Below, piece by piece: positions 9,615-19,051 of a stretch of 64,000 nucleotides of DNA. Both the position numbers and the translations under genes were made by a program. Below the pieces are notes generated by a model. That model ran no database searches. It saw nothing but the letters and a program-made list of their open reading frames with translations, and was not told the origin of the DNA. The stretch comes from an uncultured archaeon (GTDB taxonomy: Archaea; Asgardarchaeota; Thorarchaeia; Thorarchaeales; Thorarchaeaceae): NCBI GenBank assembly GCA_964558645.1, contig CAZLEV010000004.1, positions 171,442 through 235,441 on the forward strand, given 5' to 3'. Position 1 is the first letter of the stretch. Every line of letters begins with the position of its first letter.

Positions 9615-10402
9615 ATCAAACCCTCTCCAGGGATGTAATGAGTGACAGTCGTCTTCCGATCGATGTCACGTTGCTGAAACATCGCCTGAACACCGTAATC
9701 ATTGGATAAGAGACAGAATGCAATACCAATGATGGGAGGTGCGAAAGAGAGATCAAAGACCACATTGTTCTCAGTGATCTCTTCAAGTAGGATCTTTTCA
9801 ACATGGGCGTAGGTTGACATGAGGTCGCCCGACTTTCCGCCTTCGTAGTAGCCCACCACACTCTCAGGCAGTTCGTGCCAGACCTTCTCCCACCGTTTCG
9901 TAACTCCGTCGGGAACATAACGTTCGAGGCCCTTGGATACGCCCTTACCGAATCTGGCTTTTTCTACAACCAACACAAGGCGATTGTAATGAAACTCGGC
10001 ATCCATAGCAAACCATCTCACCAAGGGGCGTGCGTCGTCAGGTCGTGAGATAGAGGTCACGACCGCTGTTGGAAGAGTGACATTGAGCACACGCCGGACA
10101 GGCTGGATTGCTCGAGGATGCAACCGATAGATTCTCTCTTGTGATTCCTTCCTGCTGGTGATTATCCCCAAGGTCTCTAGATGTTTTGTGTTGTAGTAGA
10201 GTTTCGGATCGGTAACGACAACCTCCTCAGGATCAATCTCCTTTCCTTTCTCTTCTGCTGCAGCAATCATAGCATCCCTGATCTTGTCGCGCAGGTGATT
10301 TCCATTCTTAGAACCGGTCTCGAGCTCTTCCAGAATCACTCTCCTGGCCCGGACATTCTGAATCTCTCGACGAATAACGTCATCTGCTGATTCCCAGTAC
10401 AT
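9611..10402 (-). CDS. Winged-HTH regulator with C-terminal CARF-like Rossmann domain
   Basis: N-terminal wHTH (LYYNTKHLETLGIITSRKESQERIYRL); C-terminal TAVVTSIS..., RLVLVVE, and VVFDLSFAPPIIGIAFCLLS resembling the CARF DxT/SGG motif region. Confidence 0.6.
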   Translation of the reverse strand: MYWESADDVIRREIQNVRARRVILEELETGSKNGNHLRDKIRDAMIAAAEEKGKEIDPEEVVVTDPKLYYNTKHLETLGIITSRKESQERIYRLHPRAIQPVRRVLNVTLPTAVVTSISRPDDARPLVRWFAMDAEFHYNRLVLVVEKARFGKGVSKGLERYVPDGVTKRWEKVWHELPESVVGYYEGGKSGDLMSTYAHVEKILLEEITENNVVFDLSFAPPIIGIAFCLLSNDYGVQAMFQQRDIDRKTTVTHYIPGEGLM

Positions 10403-10650
10403 CTTCGGACAACTCCAACAATATAGAAAACCTACATATTTCATATAGATATTATCCCTATCGACTGTTCTGGGTGTTACATGACTATTGTCCAGATATT
10501 ACCCTCATAGTTCATGTTCGTAAGTCGGCCCCTAGAGGCTGTCTGAAGGCATTTTAGCTGTTGTATTTCAGTACAAAGGCTATGATATATATATATGTAA
10601 GATAGTTTTTGCATAGAAACGTCGAAAAATCGAGGGAAATCCCGACAATC

Positions 10651-10658
10651 CTTAAATA
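10651..10658 (+). promoter_or_regulatory. Putative TATA box of actin gene
   Basis: CTTAAATA about 100 nt upstream of the actin ATG (10755). Confidence 0.4.
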
Positions 10659-10754
10659 CGTCAGACCGTAACTTCCTGCCAGCACAGAGTTCTGAATCTT
10701 CGGGTGAAGAATCGAAATACTATCTTTGCACAAACAAGTGAGGACCGAAATAAA

Positions 10755-11894
10755 ATGGCTGAAGACGAGTTCCTAGGAGCTAAGCCCGTAGTCATTGATA
10801 ATGGCACGGGATTGAGCAAGAACGGGTACGCCGGGGAAGATCAGCCGAGGAGCGTCTGGCCGACGCTTATTGGTTATCCCCGGTACGAGAGTATCATGAC
10901 GGACGTAGACCACTACACCAGAGACTACTACATTGGTGAGGAGGCAATCAACCTCCGAGGTGTCTTACGCCTGGTCTATCCCATCACTCATGGGGTGATT
11001 GACGACTGGGATGCAATCGAGAAGATATGGTCGTACACATTCTACAACGACCTCAAGGTTGACCCCAGTGAGAATCCAGTGCTTCTGACCGAGGCACCAT
11101 TCAACCCACGAGAGAACAGGGAGCGCATGGCAAGCGTCATGTTTGACAACTTTGGAGCGCCAGCAGTATATGTGGCCACTCAGGCAGTGCTGTCACTGTA
11201 CGCATCTGGTAGAACCACAGGTCTGGTCATCGACTCTGGCGACGGTGTGACACACATAGTCCCAATCTATGAGGGCTTTGCAATCACTCACGCCATCAGA
11301 AGAATCGACCTAGCTGGAAGAGACATTACAGAGTACTTGCGCAGGTTGCTCAGGCAGAGGGGTTACTCCTTTGTGAGCGGCGCAGAGAAAGAGATTGTGA
11401 GAGACGTAAAGGAGAAACTCTGTTACGTTGCCCTTGATCCTGAGAAGGAGAGGACCGTGGCAGACAAGGCAGGAGTCGACAAGCCCTACATGCTACCTGA
11501 TGGCGAAGTCATCACTGTGGGGGCAGAGAGATTCCAGGGTCCAGAGCTGTTCTTCAATCCAAGCGCCATTGGTCTCGACACCATGCCTCTCGACGAACAC
11601 ATCGTCGAATCAATCAAGGCGTGTGACGTTGACTTGCGACGTGACCTGTACGCAAACATTGTACTCTCGGGTGGTTCAACCATGTTCCCAGGCCTGAAGG
11701 AGAGGCTCCACAAGGAGATCACCGAACTCGTACCTGAGAACATCGAAGTACGAATCATCGCTCCACCTGAGCGCCAATACTCAGTCTGGATTGGAGGCAG
11801 CATTCTAGCCAGCCTCAAGACCTTCCAGAAGATGTGGGTGACTCGCAAGGAGTTTGAGGAAGCGGGACCAGAAGTCATCCATCGCTGTATCTAG
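10755..11894 (+). CDS. Asgard actin (eukaryote-like actin family)
   Basis: [101 protein letters not shown]. Confidence 0.97.
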   Translation: MAEDEFLGAKPVVIDNGTGLSKNGYAGEDQPRSVWPTLIGYPRYESIMTDVDHYTRDYYIGEEAINLRGVLRLVYPITHGVIDDWDAIEKIWSYTFYNDLKVDPSENPVLLTEAPFNPRENRERMASVMFDNFGAPAVYVATQAVLSLYASGRTTGLVIDSGDGVTHIVPIYEGFAITHAIRRIDLAGRDITEYLRRLLRQRGYSFVSGAEKEIVRDVKEKLCYVALDPEKERTVADKAGVDKPYMLPDGEVITVGAERFQGPELFFNPSAIGLDTMPLDEHIVESIKACDVDLRRDLYANIVLSGGSTMFPGLKERLHKEITELVPENIEVRIIAPPERQYSVWIGGSILASLKTFQKMWVTRKEFEEAGPEVIHRCI

Positions 11895-11911
11895 TTCAAA
11901 CAACAAACTAA

Positions 11912-11952
11912 GAAGGTAGGGCCGCGAGCCCTCCTTCCTTCTCGTTTTTCTT
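11912..11952 (+). terminator. Hairpin plus pyrimidine-tract terminator after actin
   Basis: GAAGG(T)AGGGC-cgcga-GCCCTCCTTC followed by CTTCTCGTTTTTCTT. Confidence 0.6.
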
Positions 11953-11986
11953 GGAAATGTCTTGGTATATCACATTCAACCGCATT

Positions 11987-13255
11987 CTACCCAGGACAAT
12001 AGATGCTTCTTGGCGAGGGCTCTTCACAAATGTTTCCTCCATTAGGAACGGGCATGAATGCAATTAGCAGTGCAATGACAATGGAGAAAAGGCCGGTACC
12101 CAAGAGGAGTAGAGGATAACCTGTCATCTGAGCAATGGCTGTGAAGATAAGGGGCCCTGTTGTTCTGCCCAAGAAAGTGGCACTGTTTCTGATGCTGAGG
12201 GCCTCACCGCGATTTTCCTTGGCCACACAGTTGGTTATTCTTGAATCAATAGCAGGGACCGAGAAGCCCACACCCGTCCCGAAAATGACTGCACCCACAA
12301 CTGTTAGAAACAGGGAGGGAGCAAACCATGCTATCATAAGTCCAATTCCATGAAGGAGAAAACCGAGAGCAATCAGGCGGCTATTGGAGAGGTAGCGTGC
12401 AAAGTATCCATTACGAACTGAGAACGGGATTGAAGAAATGCTCGTCAGGGAGACCACTAGCCCGATTGTTACAGGATCGAGGCTATATGCCTTGGTCAAG
12501 AAGAAGGGAAGTGATGTCAGTATTGCTCCAAAGAAGAGCACCTCAAGGAGGACGGAGGTAGAATAGGGGACAATCATTGCACGCTGATAGAGAGCCGCAA
12601 TTGTCTCTCGAATGCTAGTCGTACTGCCGTGGTAAGCACCATCTGGTTCTTGAATGAACTTCAAGGCAATGAGACCGAGAGGGACTGCCGCGAGATACGC
12701 TAGGAATGGAGTGTTCCATGAGAATGCAACGAGGGCACCACCTAAAATCGGGAAGCCGGCTGCTCCAAGGGCTAAGACTGCATTGTTCATTCCCAGTACA
12801 TTGTTCCGTTGAACGCCTTCGAAATTGTCACTGATCAACGTGACTGTCGTGATGAAGAGACCCGCTGCTGCCGTACCCTGTATGACTCTGATGCCAAGAA
12901 TGACCCAGAAGCTCGGAGCGAAGAAGAGCATTGCACCTGATAGCCCGAAGATGAGGAGAGAAACGCCGAGAGTTGGTCGTCTTCCAAATCTGTCAACCAC
13001 CATTCCGATGAATGGAGAGAAAGCAATGCCGATGACAAAGTAGGCGCTGATGAGTAGACTAGTTTCAGCCTCGCTCACCAAGAACACGTCTCGGAGCACA
13101 GGAAGTGCGGGACTGAGAAACGGCACACCCAGAGGGGCCAGCAAAGTGCTCAGCAAGACAATCTGAACCAGTGAAGACCGCAGAGGAGTCCCATCGTCAT
13201 TAACATCCAAGTCCTCAAAAGTCCTAGAACCACTTCTTTCTTGAGTCTGCTCCAT
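11987..13255 (-). CDS. MFS transporter
   Basis: About 12 hydrophobic helices; MFS motif A GMVVDRFGRRP; RVIQG motif. Confidence 0.92.
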   Translation of the reverse strand: MEQTQERSGSRTFEDLDVNDDGTPLRSSLVQIVLLSTLLAPLGVPFLSPALPVLRDVFLVSEAETSLLISAYFVIGIAFSPFIGMVVDRFGRRPTLGVSLLIFGLSGAMLFFAPSFWVILGIRVIQGTAAAGLFITTVTLISDNFEGVQRNNVLGMNNAVLALGAAGFPILGGALVAFSWNTPFLAYLAAVPLGLIALKFIQEPDGAYHGSTTSIRETIAALYQRAMIVPYSTSVLLEVLFFGAILTSLPFFLTKAYSLDPVTIGLVVSLTSISSIPFSVRNGYFARYLSNSRLIALGFLLHGIGLMIAWFAPSLFLTVVGAVIFGTGVGFSVPAIDSRITNCVAKENRGEALSIRNSATFLGRTTGPLIFTAIAQMTGYPLLLLGTGLFSIVIALLIAFMPVPNGGNICEEPSPRSIYCPG

Positions 13256-13350
13256 CGGGTAGCCTCGAGCTAATTTACTATGGTTAAATTATAAGGCCTC
13301 GGGTTCTGCCAAATCGGGCCTTGGATGATTCGATCCACAATGAACCTTCT

Positions 13351-13947
13351 CTATTCAAGCGCGGAGAGAAACTCTTCCGTTTCTTGTCCCTCTTCAATCA
13401 ACTCAATGTCTTGAACACCAACGCGTTCAGCATCGTAGCTCCGAGCGATGATTGTTGCATCAAACCTCTCTCTTGCTGTGGCCTCTCTTCCTCTCCAGAT
13501 ATAGATGTCATCCCATGTATCGAGGATGAAGACATCATCACTCTTCAGGGACTCTCGAGAGAGTGGAACCTCTGCATAATAGGTCTCATCATTCCTTCGG
13601 TGTACTCTCCAAAGCCTGTAGTCGTGCTTCTCAACGTGAACTTTCCTGAGGATTCCCTCAGTGTCTTGTTCAGTAATCTCAAAACTTGGGAACAACGACT
13701 TGAACTCCTCAGGTTCATCGCCACCGTCGATATGGTCGATGTCAGCATGTCCCCTTCTTGCTGTATCTCTCATAACGGCCTCAGCAGCAGCAAGAAATTT
13801 CTCGTCCACGGATGAATCAGGCCCTATCCAGAGATATATCTTGGGACCTGTGTCAACAAGATAGCAGTCCCCACGACCGAATGACCCAGGTTGGGGAACG
13901 ATGACCAAATTCCCTTTTTGAATGTGATAGACTGTAAGTTCGGGCAT
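13351..13947 (-). CDS. Two-domain gelsolin (2DGel-type actin regulator)
   Basis: Two gelsolin repeats: GSFGRGDCYLVD...IYLWIG..SSVDE...GGDEPEEFKSLF and LKSDDVFILD...IYIWRG..ATARER...EEGQETEEFL. Confidence 0.92.
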   Translation of the reverse strand: MPELTVYHIQKGNLVIVPQPGSFGRGDCYLVDTGPKIYLWIGPDSSVDEKFLAAAEAVMRDTARRGHADIDHIDGGDEPEEFKSLFPSFEITEQDTEGILRKVHVEKHDYRLWRVHRRNDETYYAEVPLSRESLKSDDVFILDTWDDIYIWRGREATARERFDATIIARSYDAERVGVQDIELIEEGQETEEFLSALE

Positions 13948-14056
13948 AAAGGACTTAGAGATGGACATAGTCTTAAGTCATGTTAGTATGGCGTTTCGAC
14001 GAAATCATCTGAGACCGTCTGAGAACTCCCGCTCGATTCCTTGGGAGGTATAAGGG

Positions 14057-14794
14057 CTAATCGTCGGGAAACAAGAGGCTGCGTGTGCGGTCCAAGATCT
14101 CGGTGTATTCTGGCTGGCCAGTTGCGTATACCCAAAGGAGCCAGTCGAAAATCTCTATTTCCTTCGGATCAGTGATGTCGGCCCGCACGAGCTTCTCGAT
14201 CTTCCCCGCCCATCTGAGGCGCATGACCTCAGTGTCCAAGAGCATATCTATGAGCTGCTTCATCTCATCCTCCGAGAGGGGCAGATCAAATACTGGAAGA
14301 GCATTTCGGACTTCCTCTCGTACCGCACTCTTGAACTCCGCAGGATCGTAGTGTAAGCCAAAAGTCACAAAGTTCTCTGCTGTCCTGCGATAGTAGTCAG
14401 TTGTGCGCTTCCCTGTTCGCACTATGCCATATTTGACAACAAACCCCCCATCTATCAATCTTGGCAGATGATGATAGACTTGGTTCTTTGTGAGAGGGGT
14501 ATACTCCTCCTTTTCTTTGGCGAGCCGAAGAATCTCATATACGGATAGCTCATTTCTGTGGACAATTCGTTCGCGTATTATCCGTTCACCTGAATCCTCA
14601 TCATGAAACTCTTTGACCATCTTGTCTTCGATTCCGTCGCGTAGCATCTGCAGTATCTGCAATCTGACAGGGTCACGAAGAACTGCTGCCCTACCCTCAT
14701 CACTGACAAAATCAACACGACGCATCGGCTTCTTTCCAGCATCTGTTAGTTCAATACCTTCGATGCCATCAGGAACTGCGACCAATGCATTCAC
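14057..14794 (-). CDS. ArsR-like winged-HTH transcriptional regulator
   Basis: LRDPVRLQILQML...TKNQVYHHLPRLIDGGFV...TDYYRRTA. Confidence 0.75.
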   Translation of the reverse strand: MNALVAVPDGIEGIELTDAGKKPMRRVDFVSDEGRAAVLRDPVRLQILQMLRDGIEDKMVKEFHDEDSGERIIRERIVHRNELSVYEILRLAKEKEEYTPLTKNQVYHHLPRLIDGGFVVKYGIVRTGKRTTDYYRRTAENFVTFGLHYDPAEFKSAVREEVRNALPVFDLPLSEDEMKQLIDMLLDTEVMRLRWAGKIEKLVRADITDPKEIEIFDWLLWVYATGQPEYTEILDRTRSLLFPDD

Positions 14795-14977
14795 TCACTG
14801 AGCCGTCGGAGGAACGCCAACTTATTAACGTTCCTTGGTACAAGCTTTACTCCCCCAACATGGTTTTTTATAGCAATTTACTTTGACTCAATGGTGTCCA
14901 AACACAAACCTTTTATCGATTTCGTGAGGCAGACTGGTACAAGAGGTAAGGGCGCGTTCTGGTAGGAGGAGACTGAA

Positions 14978-16042
14978 GTGTGTCGGATATCAAAGGACAT
15001 GAGTTGTATGCAGAGAAGAGAGGACCACCTTCCACGATTGCTCATAGATACGCTTCCAAACCCGGTGTGCATAGTAGACAGGAAGAATCGTATTCGTTCT
15101 GTGAACAGAAGAGCCCTAGAACTGCTAGGCAGTACATCTGATGATGCCTTTATCGGCCACTCGCTGCTCGAATTTCTGGCACCCGAACATCGAAAACGAG
15201 CCGAAAGAGACCTTCAGAGATGCAATGACTTCATGCCTGGTAGCCCACACGAATATCATATAGTGAACAGTAGTGGAAGGAGAATCCCAATTGTTGCTAC
15301 ATCTGCGATTGTGCCGTGCGGCAATGACACAGAATGTATCGTATGCGTGGGAACACCCGCCGAAACGGAGAATAGTCTTCAGATAGGAAACAATCCTGCA
15401 TCTTCGAGAGCCATGCTCTATCTCGATATTCTGAGAAACGATGTTAGCAACCAGCTGCAGATCATCCTGTCGTCCGTGGAGCTGTTCATGCAAGACGGTC
15501 TGAAAGAGAACAAGAAACGCGAGCTCCTAGCGAATGCACTGCAAGCAGTCGACTGCTGTCAAGAGAGTATTAGGTATGCAGAGGAGATAGAACGACTGTT
15601 GGTTGAACCTCTTCGTCCTCGACGGCTTGATCTTGCAATAACTAACGCCATACTTGACATCTACAAGAACCGAGAAGACATCGATCTGACGGCAAGTTTC
15701 GGGGTAGAAGAGGGGATAGTCATGGCGGACGACTCTCTCGAGACTTTGATACGAGGATTAATCGACGAAGTATGTCGATGCAATCCAAGAGGAGATAAGT
15801 TGGTATCAATCGATGTACAGGAAACAGAGTCAGAGTATTTGATTGCCATTGCCGACAACGGACTTGGCAGATACAGATTAGAGAACAGTGTCTTCAACGG
15901 AAACCGGAAAGGACGTCTTCCAGGGATTCACGTATGTAGAACAATAGTCCAGAAGTACGGCGGCAGTCTCACTATTCTGGACAGGGTGATCAACAGTCCA
16001 CACGAGGGAGTCAGAGTAAGAATCACACTTCCTCGTTGCTAG
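14978..16042 (+). CDS. PAS-domain sensor histidine-kinase-like protein with degenerate H-box
   Basis: PAS domain (VNRRALELLG...FIGHSLLEFLAPE); H-box region YLDILRNDVSNQLQ lacks His; HATPase remnants IADNGLG and GVRVRITLP. Confidence 0.8.
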   Translation: MCRISKDMSCMQRREDHLPRLLIDTLPNPVCIVDRKNRIRSVNRRALELLGSTSDDAFIGHSLLEFLAPEHRKRAERDLQRCNDFMPGSPHEYHIVNSSGRRIPIVATSAIVPCGNDTECIVCVGTPAETENSLQIGNNPASSRAMLYLDILRNDVSNQLQIILSSVELFMQDGLKENKKRELLANALQAVDCCQESIRYAEEIERLLVEPLRPRRLDLAITNAILDIYKNREDIDLTASFGVEEGIVMADDSLETLIRGLIDEVCRCNPRGDKLVSIDVQETESEYLIAIADNGLGRYRLENSVFNGNRKGRLPGIHVCRTIVQKYGGSLTILDRVINSPHEGVRVRITLPRC

Positions 16043-16045
16043 TCA

Positions 16046-16073
16046 CTACAGAGGAGATTTCGTTTCTCTGTAG
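16046..16073 (+). terminator. Stem-loop immediately after the kinase-like gene
   Basis: CTACAGAGGAG-atttcg-TTTCTCTGTAG inverted repeat 3 nt after the stop codon. Confidence 0.45.
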
Positions 16074-16469
16074 GACTCTCCAACAAGAGGGCCACCCCCA
16101 ATGTAGAACGGCAATCCCAGTACCGTTTTGTTCAGAGTGCCTAGGCTCGGCGTGGACCTCATCGTAAGCCTAGACAACCAGAAAAGCGCAACTCCGTCAG
16201 AGCCCCATAGTTCATGGCAATCTCAACCTCTTCTGGACTTCCTATTAGGACTGCAGACTTTTTCACATTATGAGCTGAATCGGATGATGTCAGCTGTTAA
16301 TTCCGTCAGTCGCTGTTGAGGCCAGAAGGCTTGCTGAAGGACTGCCTTACTCTTGTATGGAAAACAGTCCATACCACAAAGAGAACTGCACTAATACTTG
16401 AAACGAGAGGGAATTTGTACATCTCAAAACTACTATAAGATAGGCCAGAGACGGTAGCAGTGGAGAAAG

Positions 16470-17813
16470 TTGCAAGTGTCTGAGATACCAAAAGACGCAC
16501 AGATTGCCATATTCTGGGACATCGAGAATGTCCATGATGATTTCAGAACGCATGAGAATATGATGAAAGAGTTTCGAGAGACGGGACGAGTGGTTCGTTC
16601 ATACGCGTTCGCCGATTGGGATAGCAGAAGAAGGATGGGTGAGCAACTAATGAAGATAGGTTTCGATCTCATCCACGTCCCCAGCGATATGCAAAATGCT
16701 AGCGATTTCAAGATGGGGGAGTACATTGTAGAGCATATGACCCGCTATCCCGATACCAACTGCTATGCGCTCATCACAGGAGATGGGGACTTCCTCGTTC
16801 TGACAGGTATACTGAAGTTCCGAGGTTACCATATCTGGCTAGTCAGCAATCCGCTATACACTTCGGCTGAACTCTCAGCTCTTGCTGACAGATACAGTGA
16901 TATGAAGTCGTTCCGCGGTCTTGCCTTTGAAGAACAAAGACATGTCGAGGAACCAGGCAAGCCTCTGGAGAGCCGAGCTGATAGGCGAGCCAGAGCCGCA
17001 GCAAGACTTCAGGAAACAATAAGCAAGATTCTGGAGGCCGAGAACAAGCCGGGAATCGGATGGGTCAAACATGTGATGGTATCTTTGAACCCTGATTTTG
17101 ACGAGAGAGAATTGGGATTCGAAACCTGGAAGGAATTCGTTGACTGGGCCGAGAAAAAGGGCTATGTGATCCAAGAGGGAGAGATGCCGGGCACGATACT
17201 GCGATTACCGCCCACGCCCTCTGTTGAGTCCTCTCGCTATTCTGATGAAACCAGCAGAGCATTCCAGAAACTAGTCGATATCCTGGAGAACTGCCTGAAT
17301 CATGGCAAAGACACTAATCTTGTTACACTGGGCCAGGAGGTCAAGTCCGAAGGTATTGACTATCACTCGCTCGGATACAGCAGACTGACCGATTTTGTGT
17401 CATCAGCAGAGAAGCGTGACTTCGTGAGAGTTATTCCTACCGAGGAAGAAAGCGGGCCCATAGTCCTGCCGAACTATCGAGTAGAGGATCTCAAACCTTG
17501 GTTCAAAGAGAATGTCACTAAGTACTTCGGCAAGAAGGCCAAAGTCCCTAAGGATATCTTCATCGAGAGGATAGGTCAGCTTCTGCTGGACAGCAGGATA
17601 ACACTGAAACAGCTAGAGAAGTACCTAGGAAGCAGGAAGCTTACACGAGAGTACGAGGCTATTCTAGAGGCGAGCGGTGTTCCGTTTCTACCTCCTTATC
17701 AGAAATCAATGTTGTATGTGTTTCTCGGAGAAGGTATGGATTGTGAGGAGGCAATAAAGGAGGTCAATGTCGAGTTGAAGCCTGTGAGCATTGCCCTCAG
17801 CTGTCCCGACTAG
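16470..17813 (+). CDS. NYN (LabA/DUF88) ribonuclease with two OST-HTH/LOTUS domains
   Basis: IFWDIENV, ASDFKM, ITGDGDF acidic motifs; LOTUS motifs PDFDERELGFETWKEFV and IDYHSLGYSRLTDFV. Confidence 0.85.
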   Translation: MQVSEIPKDAQIAIFWDIENVHDDFRTHENMMKEFRETGRVVRSYAFADWDSRRRMGEQLMKIGFDLIHVPSDMQNASDFKMGEYIVEHMTRYPDTNCYALITGDGDFLVLTGILKFRGYHIWLVSNPLYTSAELSALADRYSDMKSFRGLAFEEQRHVEEPGKPLESRADRRARAAARLQETISKILEAENKPGIGWVKHVMVSLNPDFDERELGFETWKEFVDWAEKKGYVIQEGEMPGTILRLPPTPSVESSRYSDETSRAFQKLVDILENCLNHGKDTNLVTLGQEVKSEGIDYHSLGYSRLTDFVSSAEKRDFVRVIPTEEESGPIVLPNYRVEDLKPWFKENVTKYFGKKAKVPKDIFIERIGQLLLDSRITLKQLEKYLGSRKLTREYEAILEASGVPFLPPYQKSMLYVFLGEGMDCEEAIKEVNVELKPVSIALSCPD

Positions 17814-17970
17814 TCGCCATACTGGTTAAGCGATATGCGGCGATATGATGAGTTTAGAGAGGATGACACTGGTTACATCAGAAGACAAGTTGTTCGGGGC
17901 TTGACGTCACATAATCTTGTTCTCTTGTTCGATGCTCTTATTTCGGACCCATGGTTGCTAACTATGCGGT

Positions 17971-18945
17971 ATGCAACTCACGATTGAACGCGCTCACAAC
18001 ATTGACGAATATCTCGAAGCATGGAGGCATCAGATACGTGACTACGAGTGGGCACGTGAATCGATTCCATTTCATTATGCCGTCGAAGAAGAGAGGCAAG
18101 AGATTCAAGAAGACTTTGAGAAGGAGCATCACTGGTTTCTCGTCGCCTATGACAAGACAGGTCGCCCGGTGGGAGTTCTGGGCATGAGACTGAACGGAGA
18201 AACCTGTGTGTTGCGAAACTGGGAGCCTGCCACCCAATCTAATCAAGCTGCGTGTATCGCACATCAGCTCTTGGACACAGGGTTCGAAACGACAAGAAAG
18301 GAAGGTGCTGTCATTGCGTTCGCACGGCTCAAGTACACCTTGCCGCTCAGAAGCAAGGCAGCCAACCTAAAGGAGAGATTGCTTGATTTTGGATTCTCCG
18401 AGAAGAGACGGGGAATCACATCAATCTGCGACCTGAACCACACTCGGTCATTGGAAGGCAAGATGCTGTTTCGTGATAGGGATGCATTCACTCTTGACGA
18501 GTTGACGGACATGACGGTGAAATCGTTTGCCTATGAAGAGGAAGACAGGAGCATCCATGGAGAATATCAGTCGGTCTCAGACCGAGAAGCCAACCGGCGC
18601 ATCATGGAGCTGATTGAGAAGGGGGTCTTTGGAAACTCACCACCTGAGCTTTGGCAGATTGCATTGGTTGATGACAGGCCGGCAGGTCTGGTGATCGGTT
18701 TCATCCCGGAATCTGAGTATCGCCCTCCGCATGGCGTAGTTGGACAGCTCTGTGTGCTCCCGGGTTTCCGCAGAAGAGGGGTGGCTACAGCATTGCTGAG
18801 GAGAATTCATCAGGAGTTCCAGTCTAAGGGATGCGAGTATGCGTTTGTGGGAACGCCTCGATCAAATCGAAGAGCGCTCAACCTCTATGAGAGAGAGGAA
18901 TATCGTAGAAGATTCGGTCAGGATGAGTTCGAGATGCGTCTATAG
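17971..18945 (+). CDS. Tandem GNAT N-acetyltransferase
   Basis: VLPGFRRRGVATALL acetyl-CoA motif, NRRALNLYEREEY; degenerate N-terminal GNAT half. Confidence 0.85.
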   Translation: MQLTIERAHNIDEYLEAWRHQIRDYEWARESIPFHYAVEEERQEIQEDFEKEHHWFLVAYDKTGRPVGVLGMRLNGETCVLRNWEPATQSNQAACIAHQLLDTGFETTRKEGAVIAFARLKYTLPLRSKAANLKERLLDFGFSEKRRGITSICDLNHTRSLEGKMLFRDRDAFTLDELTDMTVKSFAYEEEDRSIHGEYQSVSDREANRRIMELIEKGVFGNSPPELWQIALVDDRPAGLVIGFIPESEYRPPHGVVGQLCVLPGFRRRGVATALLRRIHQEFQSKGCEYAFVGTPRSNRRALNLYEREEYRRRFGQDEFEMRL

Positions 18946-19051
18946 AAGAGGGCGTCCTCACAATGTATTCAGTTCCATGTACTGCTCCAATCCCACATCC
19001 TGAGCATAATCTTATAGTGACAGATGACCCAATTGCAGATTGGCGAACAAG

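Noticed and set aside
10585-10596. (AT)n run upstream of actin
   Set aside because: Only about six units within an AT-rich divergent promoter region; no evidence of phase variation
16128-16319. 63-aa ORF in the gap before the first NYN gene
   Set aside because: No motif or SD; composition is unconvincing
17840-17900. Possible C/D box sRNA (ATGATGA)
   Set aside because: No properly placed CTGA D box downstream
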